The notes beneath the pieces are model-generated. The model had not been told where the DNA came from. It made no database searches and worked only from the letters and a program-made list of their open reading frames with translations. 64,000 bases of DNA, from contig MU058636.1 in the NCBI GenBank assembly GCA_013265495.1, positions 7,022,295 to 7,086,294 of the forward strand, given 5' to 3'. The stretch comes from Vicugna vicugna (lineage: Eukaryota). The stretch's first letter is position 1; every line of letters starts with the position of its first letter. Shown here one piece after another: positions 40,921 through 55,115 of this stretch. The position numbers and the translations under genes were made by a program.

Positions 40921-43239
40921 GTTTTTAATCAAGAAATATAATGTTTTCTGTGATTTATCTCTTTGACTTTTTTTAGGCAGAATTTTACTGTATCATAGTG
41001 TCTATAAGAGGAGATTATTGATAAATAATAGTTTGTCTCATGTATCTGTTTTTGTGTATTAGATGTCATAGAGACTTACATATTATGAAAATTATATATA
41101 TGTGTTTGTATCTCCTTTTCTCCTTACCTCCCATCTAGATTAATTTGTTTTTCCTCTACGGAATCCCCCACCACCCCCGCCAAATCTTAGTGGCATTAGT
41201 CATGAGGATAAGAATTAATTTTTAAATTAACCTACCTACCCAATCAGAATCTTTCCGCTCTGGCATAAAAAAAATTGTTAATACTTAAAATAAGCTAAAT
41301 ATATTAACACTTATAATTAGCTAAGTATAGTAACGCTTTGTATTTGCTATGTAGAATTCTGTACATAAAGGCTACCTTCTTTATAAATTAGTTTGTTATG
41401 TGGATGTCTCTAGTATACATTTTTATTTACTTACTAAAAAAAGAATATTGGAGAAACATGCAGTGGCATCCATGGACTTACACTCACTCACTGTGTCCCA
41501 GACACTATGGAAGCAAGCACCAAGGGAAACACTCAACGTGAATGTGGGCTCAAGACTGAAACTTATAAATAACTTCCGTATCTGGAGAAAATAATGTTGT
41601 TAGATTTATTTATGTTATTAGTAGGAACCAAAACTTTAATAACACGTTAGCTACTTTAATTTATTAATTTTATTTTTATTCACTGGTTATTTTTTAGCCT
41701 AGTGTAGATGGGTTAATTGCTTTTGTGGTTAACACATTTTCTTCCCACAAGTTTATGTTTATATAGGTGGTAACGAGCAGGTGTCACATCTGAAGTCTGG
41801 ACTGTACCTCTTATCTTTTTCACAATGCTTGTCGTCTGCCAGAAATCCTAAGCCCAGAATATAGTGGAGAGCACCATTCACCTAGTCACTGCGGTCAGAA
41901 ACTCTTACAACAGCTTTAATTCCTTTCACTTCTTTACCTCAACAGAAAACAAAACAGAAATATTCAGGTCCTGTTAATTCTCTCATAATTACCTTGATAC
42001 TCTGTCCCTTTCTCCTCCTACCTACGGCAGCTTTCTTAGACTCCCTTCACTTCCTACTGGCACAATTCACATTTCCAGTTTAGCACCCTTCCAGGTCCTT
42101 CCTCCACTGCTTCCAGAGGGGCCTTTCTAAAGTGCAGGTTTCATTTTCTAACTACTCTCCTTTCAGTGGCCTCAGTGGCATCACTGTCATCAGAGGAGCT
42201 ACCATTCATTCATTGAGCACTAAGTTTAAAATCAATGTCTCAGTTAATCCTCTGCAGGGGATGCTCTGGACAGCCTCTTGGCTATTGAAAGGTGACCTCC
42301 AGTACTAATAGTGGGGACACTTGTTAAAAACAGTAACTCTTTTAATTTTTTTCAACATCCCAGTAAAACAGAACTACTATAATCAATCAATTATAAAGAC
42401 ATGAATAGGAAGTATAAGCTTCATAAAAGGAGAGCTCATCTTTGTCTTATTTACAGTGTATTCCCATCACCTAGCATGATATCTGGAGCACCGTAGGTGC
42501 TAAATTTTTGCTTGATGAACAAATGATATGTGATGCTAACAGCCTTTGCCTGGGGACAGAGTACTTGATCAAAATGCTCAGGTAGAACAGATAAATGGCA
42601 AATTCTCACCAAAGTGGTCTTTGTCTACAAATCAACAGTTTTATGAACAAGGAGTGTAAAGTAAACAGAGGAAAGAAAAGCAGTCTTGGGGAATTACGGT
42701 GATGTAGAAGAGTCTTTTGGGGATGCTGCACCCTATAAATACTGTTTTCATTGCCTGCAAACATTGGGAGGTCTCTGAAACCTGTCTTTACCTGCAACTA
42801 CAGATATTTGTGGAAGACATTCATGTACAAGCAAGCGGTGTTTACTGAGCTGTTTACATTTAAACTGAGTTGCATTTTTTGGAGAGCTGTTAACTATCCC
42901 CTAATATAGAAATTTGAGAGAAGTAAAAATACCCCAAGAAATTTAGTCGCTGAATTGTCTTTAACTGAAGCAGTAAGAATTGCTTTTTTTAAAGATTAAA
43001 CTACAAACACAGCAGACAAAACACTCAAAGCCTAGTGGTATATAAGAACAGATTCTTGGAAATAACCAGATTTAGTTGAACCAACATGAGCTACAGAAGC
43101 AGGGTTTGGATCAGAGAACAGTGCATCCTGGAAAAGGCTATTGTGCCAAGACCACAGCAGGAACTGCTCTCGTCACTCCTGACTCTGGGTTTCACTAGAG
43201 TCCTGGTGGGAAGGTTGTAAGTTCATCAGTTCAACACAG

Positions 43240-43460
43240 TTAGGTAGCACTACCTTTGTGCCAGCCTCTCCGCTCGACACTTCATGGGTTATTTCATTTA
43301 ATACAACAGCTGTGTACAATGGATATGATCATTTTCATTCCGTGTAGGTGGACATTGTATCTGTTATGTTGGGAAATGTTCCCCAAGTTACCCAGCTCAG
43401 GAGTGGTTGAGTCAGACATCAGTCTGTCTTTTCATACTCTAAAGTCCAAGTTCTTTCTAC
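43240..43460 (-). mobile_element. MIR SINE, degraded
   Basis: tgtgccagcc...ttatttcatttaatacaacag...ccccaagttacccagct. Confidence 0.6.
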
Positions 43461-44259
43461 TCCAGCGTGGCATAGAGATGTATAAAAAAATTATCTTAGT
43501 CCACCAAACTAAATGCTAATAAAGTGCGCACGTATTGGTACGTACTGGTAGTGTGAAGAAATGTGTCAAGGGTAACACTGTGGTGAGCAGACACACATTA
43601 AATAAGACCCAATCTGAAGGACTTTATGAATGCATCCTCCCTGCATGAAGACTGGGCTTCATTATAGAGCTGCTCTTTGGGAAACAGAGATTTGAGAAGA
43701 GCTCTAGCTTTAAGAGAAAGAAAAACAAATTCTTATAAACTCCAAGGATGCACCTGTGAGTGCCCAGGAGTACTCAGGTTTTCAATTGAAAACACACTTT
43801 GAGAACTGTGAACTGGTATTGTAGGAAAATAGCTTTCCATTCCTGATTTTCACTGAGAAAGAAACATCTTTAAAACTTGAAAAATGATTTACATTCATAT
43901 TGTCTTCTGGTTCCTGAGGAGCCTGGCACCTACCTGACAGATACTTGATGAATGGTAAATACCTTTTGAAGAAATGTTTTTTGAGCAGTAAGCTTTTAAT
44001 ACATAGTAGGACTTTACCAGGCAGACAAGGAAGGGAAGATATTCTAGAACATATACAAAGTATGGAAATGTTTAATGCCTGCATATTTTTTAAAATGTTT
44101 AGTAGACTTTATTTTTTAATTTGGTTTAGTTTAAGTTTACAGAAATGTGAGCAGACAGTACAGAGAGCTCCTATTTCTGGAGCGTGGGTGTGTGTGTATT
44201 AATCAGGCTTTTTCCTTCTTCAGATAACAGAGGCATGAAAGTTACATCAGGTAATAAAA

Positions 44260-44755
44260 GTTTGCATCAGAAAACTTTCAGCTGCAAGTAACAGATACCC
44301 TAATTCTAATGGCTTTATATGTATATGTTTATGTGTGTACATCATAAAATAGTATAAGTCCTGAATTATACTAGTCTCTTGGATTGGTTGATTCAGCTGC
44401 CTCTGGATGTTTTCAGGAACCCAGGTTCATTCCCCATCTTCACTCTGTCATCCTACGTTTGTCCTCATCCTCACACCAATAGCGATGTGGCTTCAGCACT
44501 CCCTGAAACAACACAGCACAGGAATGTCCAGAGGAAGGAGGGAGCATCTCTTCCATTGGTTCCCTCTTAAGACTGGGGACACTTTTCCAAACCTGATCTA
44601 TCTCTGGAACTGGCCATGGGGTCAGTGTGCCCTGACTCAGAAGTGCAGGGGAGAGAAGTCAGTAACTGAACGGTCAGGGGTCAGTTAATCAGGAAGGCGG
44701 AGGGTAGGGGAATGCAGGAGTGGATTCTGAGTGGGTAAGCAGTATCTACTACAGG
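44260..44755. mobile_element. MaLR solo LTR (MLT1K/L-type)
   Basis: ctttcagctgcaagtaacagataccctaattctaatggcttta...caggaacccaggttcattccccatcttcactctgtcatcc. Confidence 0.65.
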
Positions 44756-44959
44756 GTTTATGGTAGGAAAGCACAGTAAAGTATGAATGGGGAATTCTCA
44801 TCAAGTCTTCTGAAAAACTGGAACGTCATCTAAGTTCAGTGACCCCATCTTTTAAATGTCCCTTCAGTCATTGCCATCCATTAACATTACAGTACCAGTT
44901 ACTCTCTGTCTTTATATTTTTGCTATTACAAACTGGCTGCCTCTAAATGTACCTTAAGT

Positions 44960-45400
44960 TTAATCATTCATCAGAATATTTTTGAGTTTCTACAATGTGG
45001 CAGGCACTGTGCCAAGCAGTAGAGATACAGTAATGAGTAGAAACAAACGGTCAAAGAGTGGGGGAGACCATATTAATAAATTACATAATAAATTTGCAAA
45101 AGAACACATATAGTAATGCTGTGAGGAGAACTTCTCTTGTGGATGGTGCCATGAGAGGGAGTGATGGGCAATTTTCCTAGCAAGAGAGGTCAGTTGAGAA
45201 AACAAAGTAAAGAGAGCTCAAGGGTGAGTAGAAGTGAAGGAGGCAAATAAGGGAGGGGAGCTCTTTCCGGAGAGGGGAGATCTGTACCTTGGCTCTGTGA
45301 CAGGAAACAACATGGTATGGACAAGGGACTGGAAGAGCAGTGGGACTGCCAGAAGAGCACAGTGGTTCCAGATGTGTCTGGAGCAGGAGTTGGTTACATC
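44960..45400 (-). mobile_element. L2 3' fragment
   Basis: cattcatcagaatatttttgagtttctacaatgtggcaggcactgtgccaagcagtagagatacagtaatgag. Confidence 0.8.
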
Positions 45401-46329
45401 TACCACTAGACTCATCTCTTTACGTCTTGGCCTCCGCTTCCTCAGAATTCCTGCTGCCTTGTGGTTTCTGGTGACTGCCTTCTCTGCCTTTTGGCTTCTT
45501 CCCACCCTCCTGCTACAGTTGTCTCAGAATATCTCACATTGAAATCACTGAGAAAGATTCTCTGATGGGGTCAGCCAGCCAGCATCCATGATAGCATGGC
45601 TGTGATGAACAGGGTCCTCGAAGATGTATAAATATAACAACTTTAAAAATTGTCAGTATGTAGAATAATGCAGCAGAAGTTCACATACTCCATGTGGAAA
45701 TGAAAGTGAATACTAGAAACTAGAAATTAGTTTCTTTCCAGTAATGTGGACTTCTCCCTCCCCCATCCCATCCCTTTGTAAAATAACAGCAGAGGGACAA
45801 ACACAAGATGTTAGAGTTTGCCAAATTTGAGGAAATGAGGAAACACAGCCAAATATACAATATTTACACATGGGGACATTCATGAGTGGGACAAAAATGA
45901 AGCAGCCTTGCCAATGTCATTTTTTTTAATTTTGAGAGTTTGACTCTAATTTTGAGAGTTTACATGCATTTGAAGATGAAGTAGGCACTGAGGACTCCAG
46001 CTGCATCTTAAAGTTTGTTTGTAGATTAAATTTTAAAATATTTTATTCAACAAAAATTGATCGAGTTCCTTCCATGTGCTGGTTCTATGAGGAATACAAA
46101 ATAGAATACCAGCTGGTCTCCACCCTCATGAATGCTACAGCTAGGGGAATATAGTTAATAAAATACATCAGCTTAAAAATACTTCCCATCATGTGAGAGA
46201 TACTATTGGAGAGGTATGAAAATACTCTTTTGAAAGCATTCATGGTTTTCTGCTAATGAGCATAAAATAACATTTGCATAGATTATTGGAACAGCACTGC
46301 CCTTCTCCCATCAAAACAGCCTTTACACT

Positions 46330-46740
46330 GCAGTCTATCACAGCAGTGATATCTAAGGTGCAGATTTAATCATCTCACCTCTTTGTTTAACATAGGGGCT
46401 CTCCATCGCTCTCAGACCAGAAATCCAAACTCTTTAAAATGAATCACATGATGTAGCCCCACATCCTGGTTCCCCGCCCACCTTTTATTAGTCTAATGTT
46501 ATTTTTCACCTCTCTCCGCTTTACAGTATATATTCCAGACTGCCTGGACCTATTCCCCAAAGCACCATGTTTGCATACGTGTTCCTTCCGCTTGGGACAC
46601 TCTTCCTTCCCTGCTTTCCCTCCTCCCCCACTGTTGGTGAGTCTCCACCAGACTGTGAACTCTTTGAGGTCAGGGACTCTGCCTCTCTTCTTCACACCTG
46701 GCTCACGGTGATCAATTGATAAATATTTGTTAAATGAAAG
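46330..46740 (+). mobile_element. L2 3' fragment
   Basis: ccaccagactgtgaactctttgaggtcagggactctgcct...ataaatatttgttaaatgaa. Confidence 0.75.
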
Positions 46741-47089
46741 TTATGGAAAAAATAATAAAATTGATAAATCATGAGGACAAGCTTGGTAGCAAAGAGCTGG
46801 CTTAAGTGTAGGCTGTTTCTGAGGATGGAAGAAGCCTTCCTGGAGCTGTCAGTACTAGCAGTGGGAGTGGGAGCTGATGTCCCAAATAGCTGAACTTCCT
46901 AGTTTGAGGTTAGTCCTGTGATTTCAGAAATTTTCCAGAACGCAAACTTCCATTAAGGAAACAATAGCTGTGTCCAAGTTTTCTAATCCCTTGTGGCAGT
47001 GTCGTTAATGAAGGTTAAAACCAGAGATCTGCTGAGTGTGTGGACATGTGTGTCTGTACACATGCACACAGGGAAGTCGGCAATAACTG

Positions 47090-47270
47090 CAGTAGGAGGC
47101 TAACGTTTATTAAGCACTTCCTGTTTGGCAGGCACTGGGTTTTTTTAAGAGTTATTTTGTTCAAACCTTCACAACTATCCTGTGAGGTTAGGTACTGTCA
47201 GTTCCCCCATCTTATAAGGGAGCCGAAGAAGAGAAGGTGAACTGCCTGAGGTCTCACAGTAAGAGAGGCA
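47090..47270 (-). mobile_element. MIR SINE
   Basis: gctaacgtttattaagcacttcctgtttggcaggcactg...ccttcacaactatcctgtgaggttaggtact...gcctgaggtctcacag. Confidence 0.75.
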
Positions 47271-50200
47271 GACCCTAGGGAGGCTTGAAGTCTAGGAGAG
47301 GCTGGTGCCTAAGTTGATGAACTAGAGCAAAATGTAAGGTTGCTCAATAAAAAGCTCCCTATACGCAGGCTGCCTAAATTTCCCCCAATTATCGGCTATT
47401 TGACCTGGCAGTTTTAACCCATATAGTGATAATGGCTGTATTTGTGACTATTTAACCTCAGAAGTATAACAACATTGTGTAACAACATTGTTTAATTTTC
47501 ATTGAAAATGCATTTCCTGGAAACCATCATTTGCCAGCTTAATTTCCTGATCATTTTCATTTACTTCACTGAGTCATTTTCAGTTTTTTTCATTTTCATT
47601 TTTATGTTACATGAATTATTTATTTTCATCAGGATTAATTATTTTTCATGTAAATTTTAATGAAAAGATTTGACTCAGTGATCAGTTTTTGGTTCATATT
47701 AGATTTTACTGATTACAGTGCCTACCCCTGACTGTTTTATTTTGATAAAATGTTCATTATTAATTGAATAAAAGGATAAAGTGAGACTTCTCCATCAGAT
47801 ATTTGAGGTTTTCTTTATTGTGCAGGGCCGATCCATGGAAATGTCCTCTAACTTTTTTTTCACCTGCCCCATAAAATAATTTTATAAAACTACATACCAT
47901 ATTACTAATGTCTAAGTTAACGTATGAAATTTTTCATAAGTTTACAATTTTTTAAAGATGTATTGTCTAGTATGTTCTAACTGTTGATATTTTAAAATAA
48001 AGTTCTTACACACTTTTCAGATGTACTCAGTAGAATTAAATACATCCAAAAGAATAATGATTTGGTTACTATTATCTTCTATTTTAAAACGTACAAATAA
48101 TCTCTTTTTTTCAAATGGACATTTTATATAATTCCTCTTTCTCTTTCAACTAATATTCCCATTTAATTCACTTTCCAAAAGTTATCTAAAAATATTTTAT
48201 TCTTGGAAGTCTTATATTGGTCACTATATTCTAATCTGCAAAAAGCATGTACACAAATGAATTAAAATATTAACATTTTAAATTCCAAAGACCATAAAAT
48301 TCTAAGTGTTTAACACTTTTATTCAGGAACAAATTACTATTACAAATATTATCATCCACATATGAATATTATTGATTGCTAGAACAATACAGGGGGTCGA
48401 TATTAAAGCTACTCCTAACTTTCTTTTTTCTAAATATGTTGAAAAATCTTGTCCATAATTATAAATTGTAAATAAATGGAAAGATGTTTTATTACGGCAA
48501 CATTCACAGTTTTTTTGTACCACTTCTAAGTTGTATGCTAAAACTCATCTAGTGATCTGTGGTCAAAAATTATTTTTAATTCCTTTCAACTGACAGCTCA
48601 GTTAAATCTAACTTCAGCTCTTTGAAAGTAAAGAATTGGGAAACAATTTAACTCGCAAAAAGTGTTTCTTTTTTAATCCAGTCATTGAGGGCATACCTTT
48701 TCCAACACTTTCATCAGTATTTTGAATTGTCCCTTTTTGAGGCTTCTACCCCCTCAACAGATCTTATACACCAGATAATACACCAGCGAGAGCTCCCTCC
48801 CCACGTCTTTTTTTTTTTTTTTCCTAAATTGGAGAAGGGCACTGGGAAAAGGTAGGTGGGAAAGAGAACCTGTATTTCCCTCTCATGTTTATTTTCAGGC
48901 AGATAGATTTTAAGCAGTTGAGAATCTGGAAACTTACCCTTAAATTATGCATACCTAACTTACCTCTTGGAAAGTTATTCATTGCCCAATTAAAATAGCC
49001 TAATCCATTGCGTTGCTATTTCTGTTTTTCCATACACCTCTAATTATTTTTCCATCTTCTACTCTCCATGCCTTTGGTGAGGAAACAGCATCCCCAAGAC
49101 ACATGATGAGAACTGGGATGAGGGAGTTCCAGACATCCTGCTGTCTTTCCTACTCCCCACATCCTCAGCCCGTGTACCATGACAGCAGTCACCAGTCAGA
49201 GATGATCTCCCACACGGTCATTTTAGAACCCAAGCTGCTTCCGTTTTGTGCTTCTGCTGTCCTTCTGGGCCTTAGAATGCTCTCCATTCAGCCAACAAAA
49301 GGGAAAAGAGCATGGATGATCGTGTATGCATGTAAACCAGAAATTACTTTGGAACCATTCCATCTTGAATATATTTGTTACACCCAGAATCACTGATAGT
49401 TTGTACAGATTTATAAAAGTAATGTGGACATACAGCTTTACATTGCACTAACAGCCCTTTAATTAAACTGCTCAAGCTGCAAGTGTCTGTTGGATGTGAC
49501 GGCCTCCTAAACACTGAGCAGGCCACATCTCTCCAGCCCTCCACAGCGTTTTCATCAATTCTTAACAGATAATAGACCTTGAAGCAAAATTTAGTCTTTT
49601 TCATATCCAAATACTTGTTCTCATGTATGTGTCAGATGATTTGAGATCAGCAAAGCTATCAGTAACCAAGTGCTCTGAGGTCACACAATATTAACTGCCT
49701 TAAAAGGAAAAAAAGACGAAACTGATTTGACAGCTATACCCATGTTTCTGACAACATATGCATGTCTGATACACATGAGTGCACAGCAACCCTCTTTTCC
49801 TTCCCCGCGATTATCAAGTAATGTGTGTTAAGCACACATTTGGGCCAGGTGGTTTACAAGGGGTCGCCATTACATTTGTTTTATGTTGCGTCCTGTGTGT
49901 TTCAGTTCATAAGTGAGTGGGGAAGACCTCAAAGTGTAAGGCCAGCATGATCTCTTTCTCCCTTCACTTCTTTTGGCTATTAAGTCCTTTGCTCAGAACA
50001 GTTCAGTGGTCACTTAAGAAAATCACAAAGTTCCATACTAATTGTGACCAAGACACCTTACTGTTCTTATTTATGATGTAAATGATGTAATAACAGTTAT
50101 GTTTATTCAGCTTTCAGAAAATGAAACTGAATAGGCTAGTCAGCATTTGTTGATTAGATTTCACAGTATATTAAATAATTTGGAGAAGCCGGCAAGCATA

Positions 50201-50613
50201 AACCAGATGATCTGGAAAGGTTGACTCAGGAAAGAAAACAAAGCCACAAACCTCAAGTATAGATGAAAGTACTTACATGGTTTAGAAAAATATCTTGGAC
50301 TATGAAAAACTAACTTAAAGCGTTATTATAGAAGGTCCTGAAACTTACAGAACACTACGTAACTAGTAAAGGTAGAAATAAAATACAGGCAATTTTATAG
50401 TCTCGGGTCACATTTCAGACCTAGGCTTGATGCCCAGATTTTTAAGGAAATACGCCATAAACTTAGTATTGAATCAGCTTCAAATGATACTCTTTGCATT
50501 TTTGAAGTATATGCAGATTGGTTAAACGCCTCATCACTCACCTGAAGTAGCATCCTGACTGCTCCCTCTGCCTGCAGTCTCACAGCCTTCCACTTCACCC
50601 TCCGAGAGCCCAG

Positions 50614-50615
<2 letters not shown>

Positions 50616-50673
<58 letters not shown>
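50616..50673 (+). repeat. Perfect (GT)29 microsatellite
   Basis: Read directly. Confidence 0.97.
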
Positions 50674-50674
<1 letters not shown>

Positions 50675-52141
50675 GGGAAACTCACCTCAGCGCCCCTCAT
50701 GCTGAGTTCCAGCGTTTTCTTGTTGCATATGAGCAGAGGAGAGCAAAGGGGATTGGGGTACAGTCCCAGGCAGCTATGACAGCCAGAAAATTTCTTTGAA
50801 TGCTAGTGGTTTATCTCAACAGTTCATTTTTTTACGTTTTCTTTTTCATCCTATCTGTATTAATTTCACTACAGAAACTTTGTAATTACTCACCAGAAAT
50901 AAGCTTGATGCTCCAGACGGGTGCCAAGTGATATTCTGTGACACACCTCAGTATACATTGTCTTAAGTGAGAGGCACAACTCTATAAAACATAGTCAAAC
51001 TTCTTCGCCTGAAGACCGTCCACAACGCCTCTAGAGTGAAGGAGCCCTTTTTATGTAGGACAAGGTCTTTCACGATGGGGTGTAACCCCGTCTAGAGTTG
51101 CCTGTGGGTGCAAATTAAGCTACTAGAAAAGAGAAACCAGTTGTTCTATTTAGGTTGCTCGTTTAGATCTTGATTAAATCTAAAGTCAGGAGAGACCTCT
51201 GGCGGCTCCCCCACTAGGATAATAAACATGAGTAGTCTGAAGGCAAAACCGGAAAGCTTTTTCCAGTTCAGCAAAGGCTTCAGATATGCATTACTTCATA
51301 AGATCTCTTTGTAACCTTCCCCGTATGTAGTATCTCTGTCTGTTTCTCCTAGTGATTTATACAACAAACAAATGTGTATGGAGCACATATGTGCCAGGCA
51401 CTGTTTTAAGCACTGTGTTTTGAATAGAAAATAAAATAGATGAGGGCACTTCTCTCATGGAACTTTCATGTCACAGAGGGGATAGGCAAAAAACAGACCA
51501 AAAAAAATGTCTTGCACAGAATTAAAATGTTTATAATAGAAGGTATAATGGAAGAGATACTGGAGTTAGTACATGATAGCTGTAAATCAGATGCCAGGAA
51601 AATCAGTTCACAGGAAAGGATATAAAAAAATTAATTAAAAATTTTAGGAGAGTTTTGTTCCATAATCAATCTTGAAGGAAATAAGAAGAGAAGGCAGGAG
51701 GTGGCTTGCTGTGAAAAAAAGGACTCTAGGCTCTGCTGGGTTTCCAGGCAGGGAATTATGGACAGCTCAGAGCGTACATAGTCTTTTATCCGCCCCTTTT
51801 AAGGATTTCAAAAGCTCAAATATAACATGTGTGACTATGAAGTAAAATTTTCCTTCCCATGGCCCCTTGTATGCTCATTCGGATGATGCTGCCCTTGTCA
51901 AAATAGTTTGCACCTTTGGGTCTGTCTTTTGGAATTTGCCTCCTGAACTGTTTACTAGCTACTAACAAAATAATTTTCTTTTTGTTTTATTCTCTCTCCC
52001 TTTACTCTTTGCCTCCAGGCTCTACTGCTTTCCTCTGATTATCTCGGTTTCCTTTTTTCTTGCTCCCGAGGGTCCCTGAGGACTCTCGTGGTGCCAGCCT
52101 GGAGCTAAGAGAACGGCGGTAGGAGAACTGAGGGGGGTTCA

Positions 52142-52830
52142 TGTGTCATTCTGGAGCCAGTCAAGAGAAAGAAACCACACAGCAATTTAAACAGGAAAAG
52201 TGTTATAATTTATAAAAGCAGAAATAATTATAAATTATAACAGGATATTGGAGTAACAAGGGAATGGTTAGTAAAAAATAAAAACAACTCTTCAGAGTAG
52301 GGGAACAGTATATAGACACTGTCTTTGAGCCGACATTGAACCCAAGAAGAGCCCCTTCAAGCCTTACTGGGGAGGGCATGGCTGTAGCTCCCTGAGTGGT
52401 GCAGAGTCACTCTGGTGCCCTGCTGGGAGAGATTGCTGGAGCTCTGTCCTTTGGAACTTTCCAGAAAACCACCCTCTATGGAGCTGGTGAAGCTGTTTAT
52501 GGGAGGGTTCTTACCAGAGGCACTCTGCTACAAAACTGCCTGGGACAGGGGAGTTCTGGAGAAAACTGCTAGTCACTGGGTGCTGTCAGCCATCACACAC
52601 TGCGGGAGCCGGGCACTGGAGAAGCCCCGCGCTCTGCAGGGACCTGCTGGCTGAGCACGCCAGAACCAGAAAGAAAACCCCTTTCTTCTGCACCATCTCT
52701 TCAATGTCCTTTCCTGATAGAGTGTGGCATCATGTCCACTAGCAAAGGAAAAATAAAGGGCATGATTCATTTTCACAGGATAAGCAATTAAGGGTGAATT
52801 TGGAGCCAGGAAGCAATAAAGTGATAACTG
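52142..52830. mobile_element. ERVL-type solo LTR (subfamily not assigned)
   Basis: Starts tgtgtca...ccagtcaagagaaagaaaccacacagcaatttaaacaggaaaag, similar to recalled ancient ERVL LTR ends; GC-richer body. Confidence 0.5.
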
Positions 52831-53010
52831 GCACAGTTGATAAGACAGTTTTGCATTGAGCACATACAGAGTCAAGCCAACTTCTTTGTGTTTGTGAGCC
52901 ACCTGCCTGCTGATAAACTGATAACATGCTTAACAGAAGGGAATACTTGGTCAAATATTCATCACATTATGTTTCCCAAAGAGAAAAATAAGTAAAAATA
53001 TTAGTATGTT

Positions 53011-53061
53011 TGTGCGTGTATGTGTGTGTATATACATATATATATATATACACACACATAT

Positions 53062-53101
<40 letters not shown>

Positions 53102-53103
53102 CA
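53011..53103 (+). repeat. Compound (TG)/(TA)/(CA) microsatellite
   Basis: Read directly. Confidence 0.9.
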
Positions 53104-53549
53104 TAATGTCCACCATCCTCCTGGCATACCAGCTTTAGTATAAGGGTGTCAACACAGCACACAGGTTTATTGGGAAGGTCTCTCCCTTTTTCTGAGATTA
53201 TGCTCATTTTATTCTTTGGGTTTTATATATATATTTTAGTGAAAGATAGTTTTTGTTGTGTAGCTGTTTAATGTGTCTTAAAATTCTTCCTACTTGGCAA
53301 AATAAGAGTTATCAACCGTGTATTACTGCTCTTCCCATTTGAAAAAAAAAATGTGCTGGTCTGTGAAATTCATATCTGGAAACCATCGCAACGAAGTGAG
53401 ACTGTATTAATAGGAATTGTGGCAAGTCACTATAATCCTTTTGTGAAATGTATAAAAAGAAGTTTTGCATTTAGAATCTGAAAAGCAGTTGTCACTTTAT
53501 GCTCAGTAGCAAGGACACATAAACTTATAAACAGAACTTAAATAATAGC

Positions 53550-53720
53550 TAGGCCATGCACTTTACGTTCATTGTCTCCACTTAACCAGTAATAAGTATT
53601 ATTATCACTGTTCTTCAGATTACAAAAATTAGATAGAGGTAAATAATTTTTCCAAGTTCCAAAGCTAGTAAATAGCAGAGCCAAAATTTAAATAGGAGTC
53701 TGACTGGCTCCAAAATCCTT
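53550..53720 (-). mobile_element. MIR SINE with terminal ~39-bp tandem duplication (53686-53764)
   Basis: agaggtaaataatttttccaagttccaaagctagtaaatagcagagccaaaatttaaataggagtctgact. Confidence 0.75.
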
Positions 53721-53852
53721 CAGTATTTAAATAGATGTCTGACTGGCTCCAAAAACCTTCCAGTGCCTGGAGAAAGACAAAAACTGAATTAAGGGGTTAG
53801 AAAATAGAATTTTCAAAAAATAAAAAGACCAATAGATCATATACTGTGTATT

Positions 53853-53930
53853 TATGTGTGTGTGTATATATATATAATATGTGTGTATATATATGTGATA
53901 CGTGTGTGTGTGTGTGTGTGTGTGTGTATG
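53853..53930 (+). repeat. Compound (TG)/(TA) microsatellite
   Basis: Read directly. Confidence 0.9.
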
Positions 53931-54099
53931 TTTCCTAGAGGAAGGGAATGTGAAAAAGGACTTCATAACTTGTTTTCATGGATATCATGTACGTTAAACT
54001 CAATAACTAGTTTCTGTTTTCACCAAAGCAAATATACGTGTAGCAGATTATACAGGGTACACCAATGCAAGTAGAAAATGTGTTTATGAATTGTTAATA

Positions 54100-54845
54100 T
54101 ACCTTGGTGTCTCAGGAAAGAATGTGCTAGTTGCAGACTTGACTACAGTAGCATAATCAAATATGGATTTGTCTGCATTATGGAAGAAGTTGTCCAGATA
54201 TGAGTAGATGCTGAGACTGTTTCAGTAGCTCAACATTAGGGCCGACCTTGCTGACATTCCCTTGACCTTCCTCTTACAGTTACACAGTTGCTGCTACAGT
54301 TTCTGCCATTTCATCTCCATTCAAGCAAGGAAGATAAAGAAGTGTACCAGCTACACATGACTCACTTTATCAGCTTTTATGAAATATCCCGAGTCCCGAG
54401 TGACTTTGGTTTTGTTCTCATTAGCCAGTTCTGGGTCAAATGTCCTTACCGCTAGTTGCAAGGGAATTTGGGAAAAACAAGGAATAACTTTCTCATGATT
54501 GGCTTAGACCATGGGTCAGACAGACTCTGGCCTCAGGAGCAAATCAGGCCGTTGTCGTAAATAAAGCTTCATTGGAACACAATCACACACTGTGGGAGCC
54601 GGGTGTGTACACATTGTCTGTGACTGCTTGCACACTATGATGGCAGAGCTGAGTGGTTGTGAGAAGGACAGATGGCCTACTATTTGGCCTTTTACCAAAA
54701 ATGTTCATTGACCCCTGGACCACGTTTAGATCAGTCGTGACCCATCACCTGAAGTTGACCACGTGGGCACTTCGGGGCTCACTGGTCTTCCATTAAGCAA
54801 AGAATAAGGAAGAAAAGTGATACTGGAAAAGAACCAACAGTATGT
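54100..54845. mobile_element. MLT1-type MaLR LTR, interrupted by MER58A
   Basis: ttctcattagccagttctgggtcaaatgtcc...ctagttgcaagggaatttggga...catgattggcttagac|MER58A|...tttagatcagtcgtgacccatc. Confidence 0.55.
54510..54717 (+). mobile_element. MER58A hAT-Charlie MITE
   Basis: gtaaataaagcttcattggaacaca...cattgtctgtgactgct...atggcagagctgagtggttgtga...tatttggccttttac...gacccctg. Confidence 0.85.
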
Positions 54846-55115
54846 CAGGTCACCTGATCTAGCTGATCATATACAAGACCAAAAAATTGTAGTACGTTTT
54901 CTTTTTAAAGTCACAGGGTCACCTTGAACATAGAACTTTTCTGTCCCTTCATTTCTTCATGAGCCAACTAAGAAAATTCAGAACGGTAGAGATTTTGCAA
55001 ATATTCAGAATCAGATGATTGACAATATTGTGATACATCATGAGTTCAGGAAGAAAATCCCTAATTTACTCACTTTTATACAGCACTGTCTAAGGTATTG
55101 TCAGACTGGGTCTGA

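Noticed and set aside
50395..50700. ORFs with HTHTHT or VCVCVC runs (also near 53727-54074)
   Set aside because: These are microsatellite translations.
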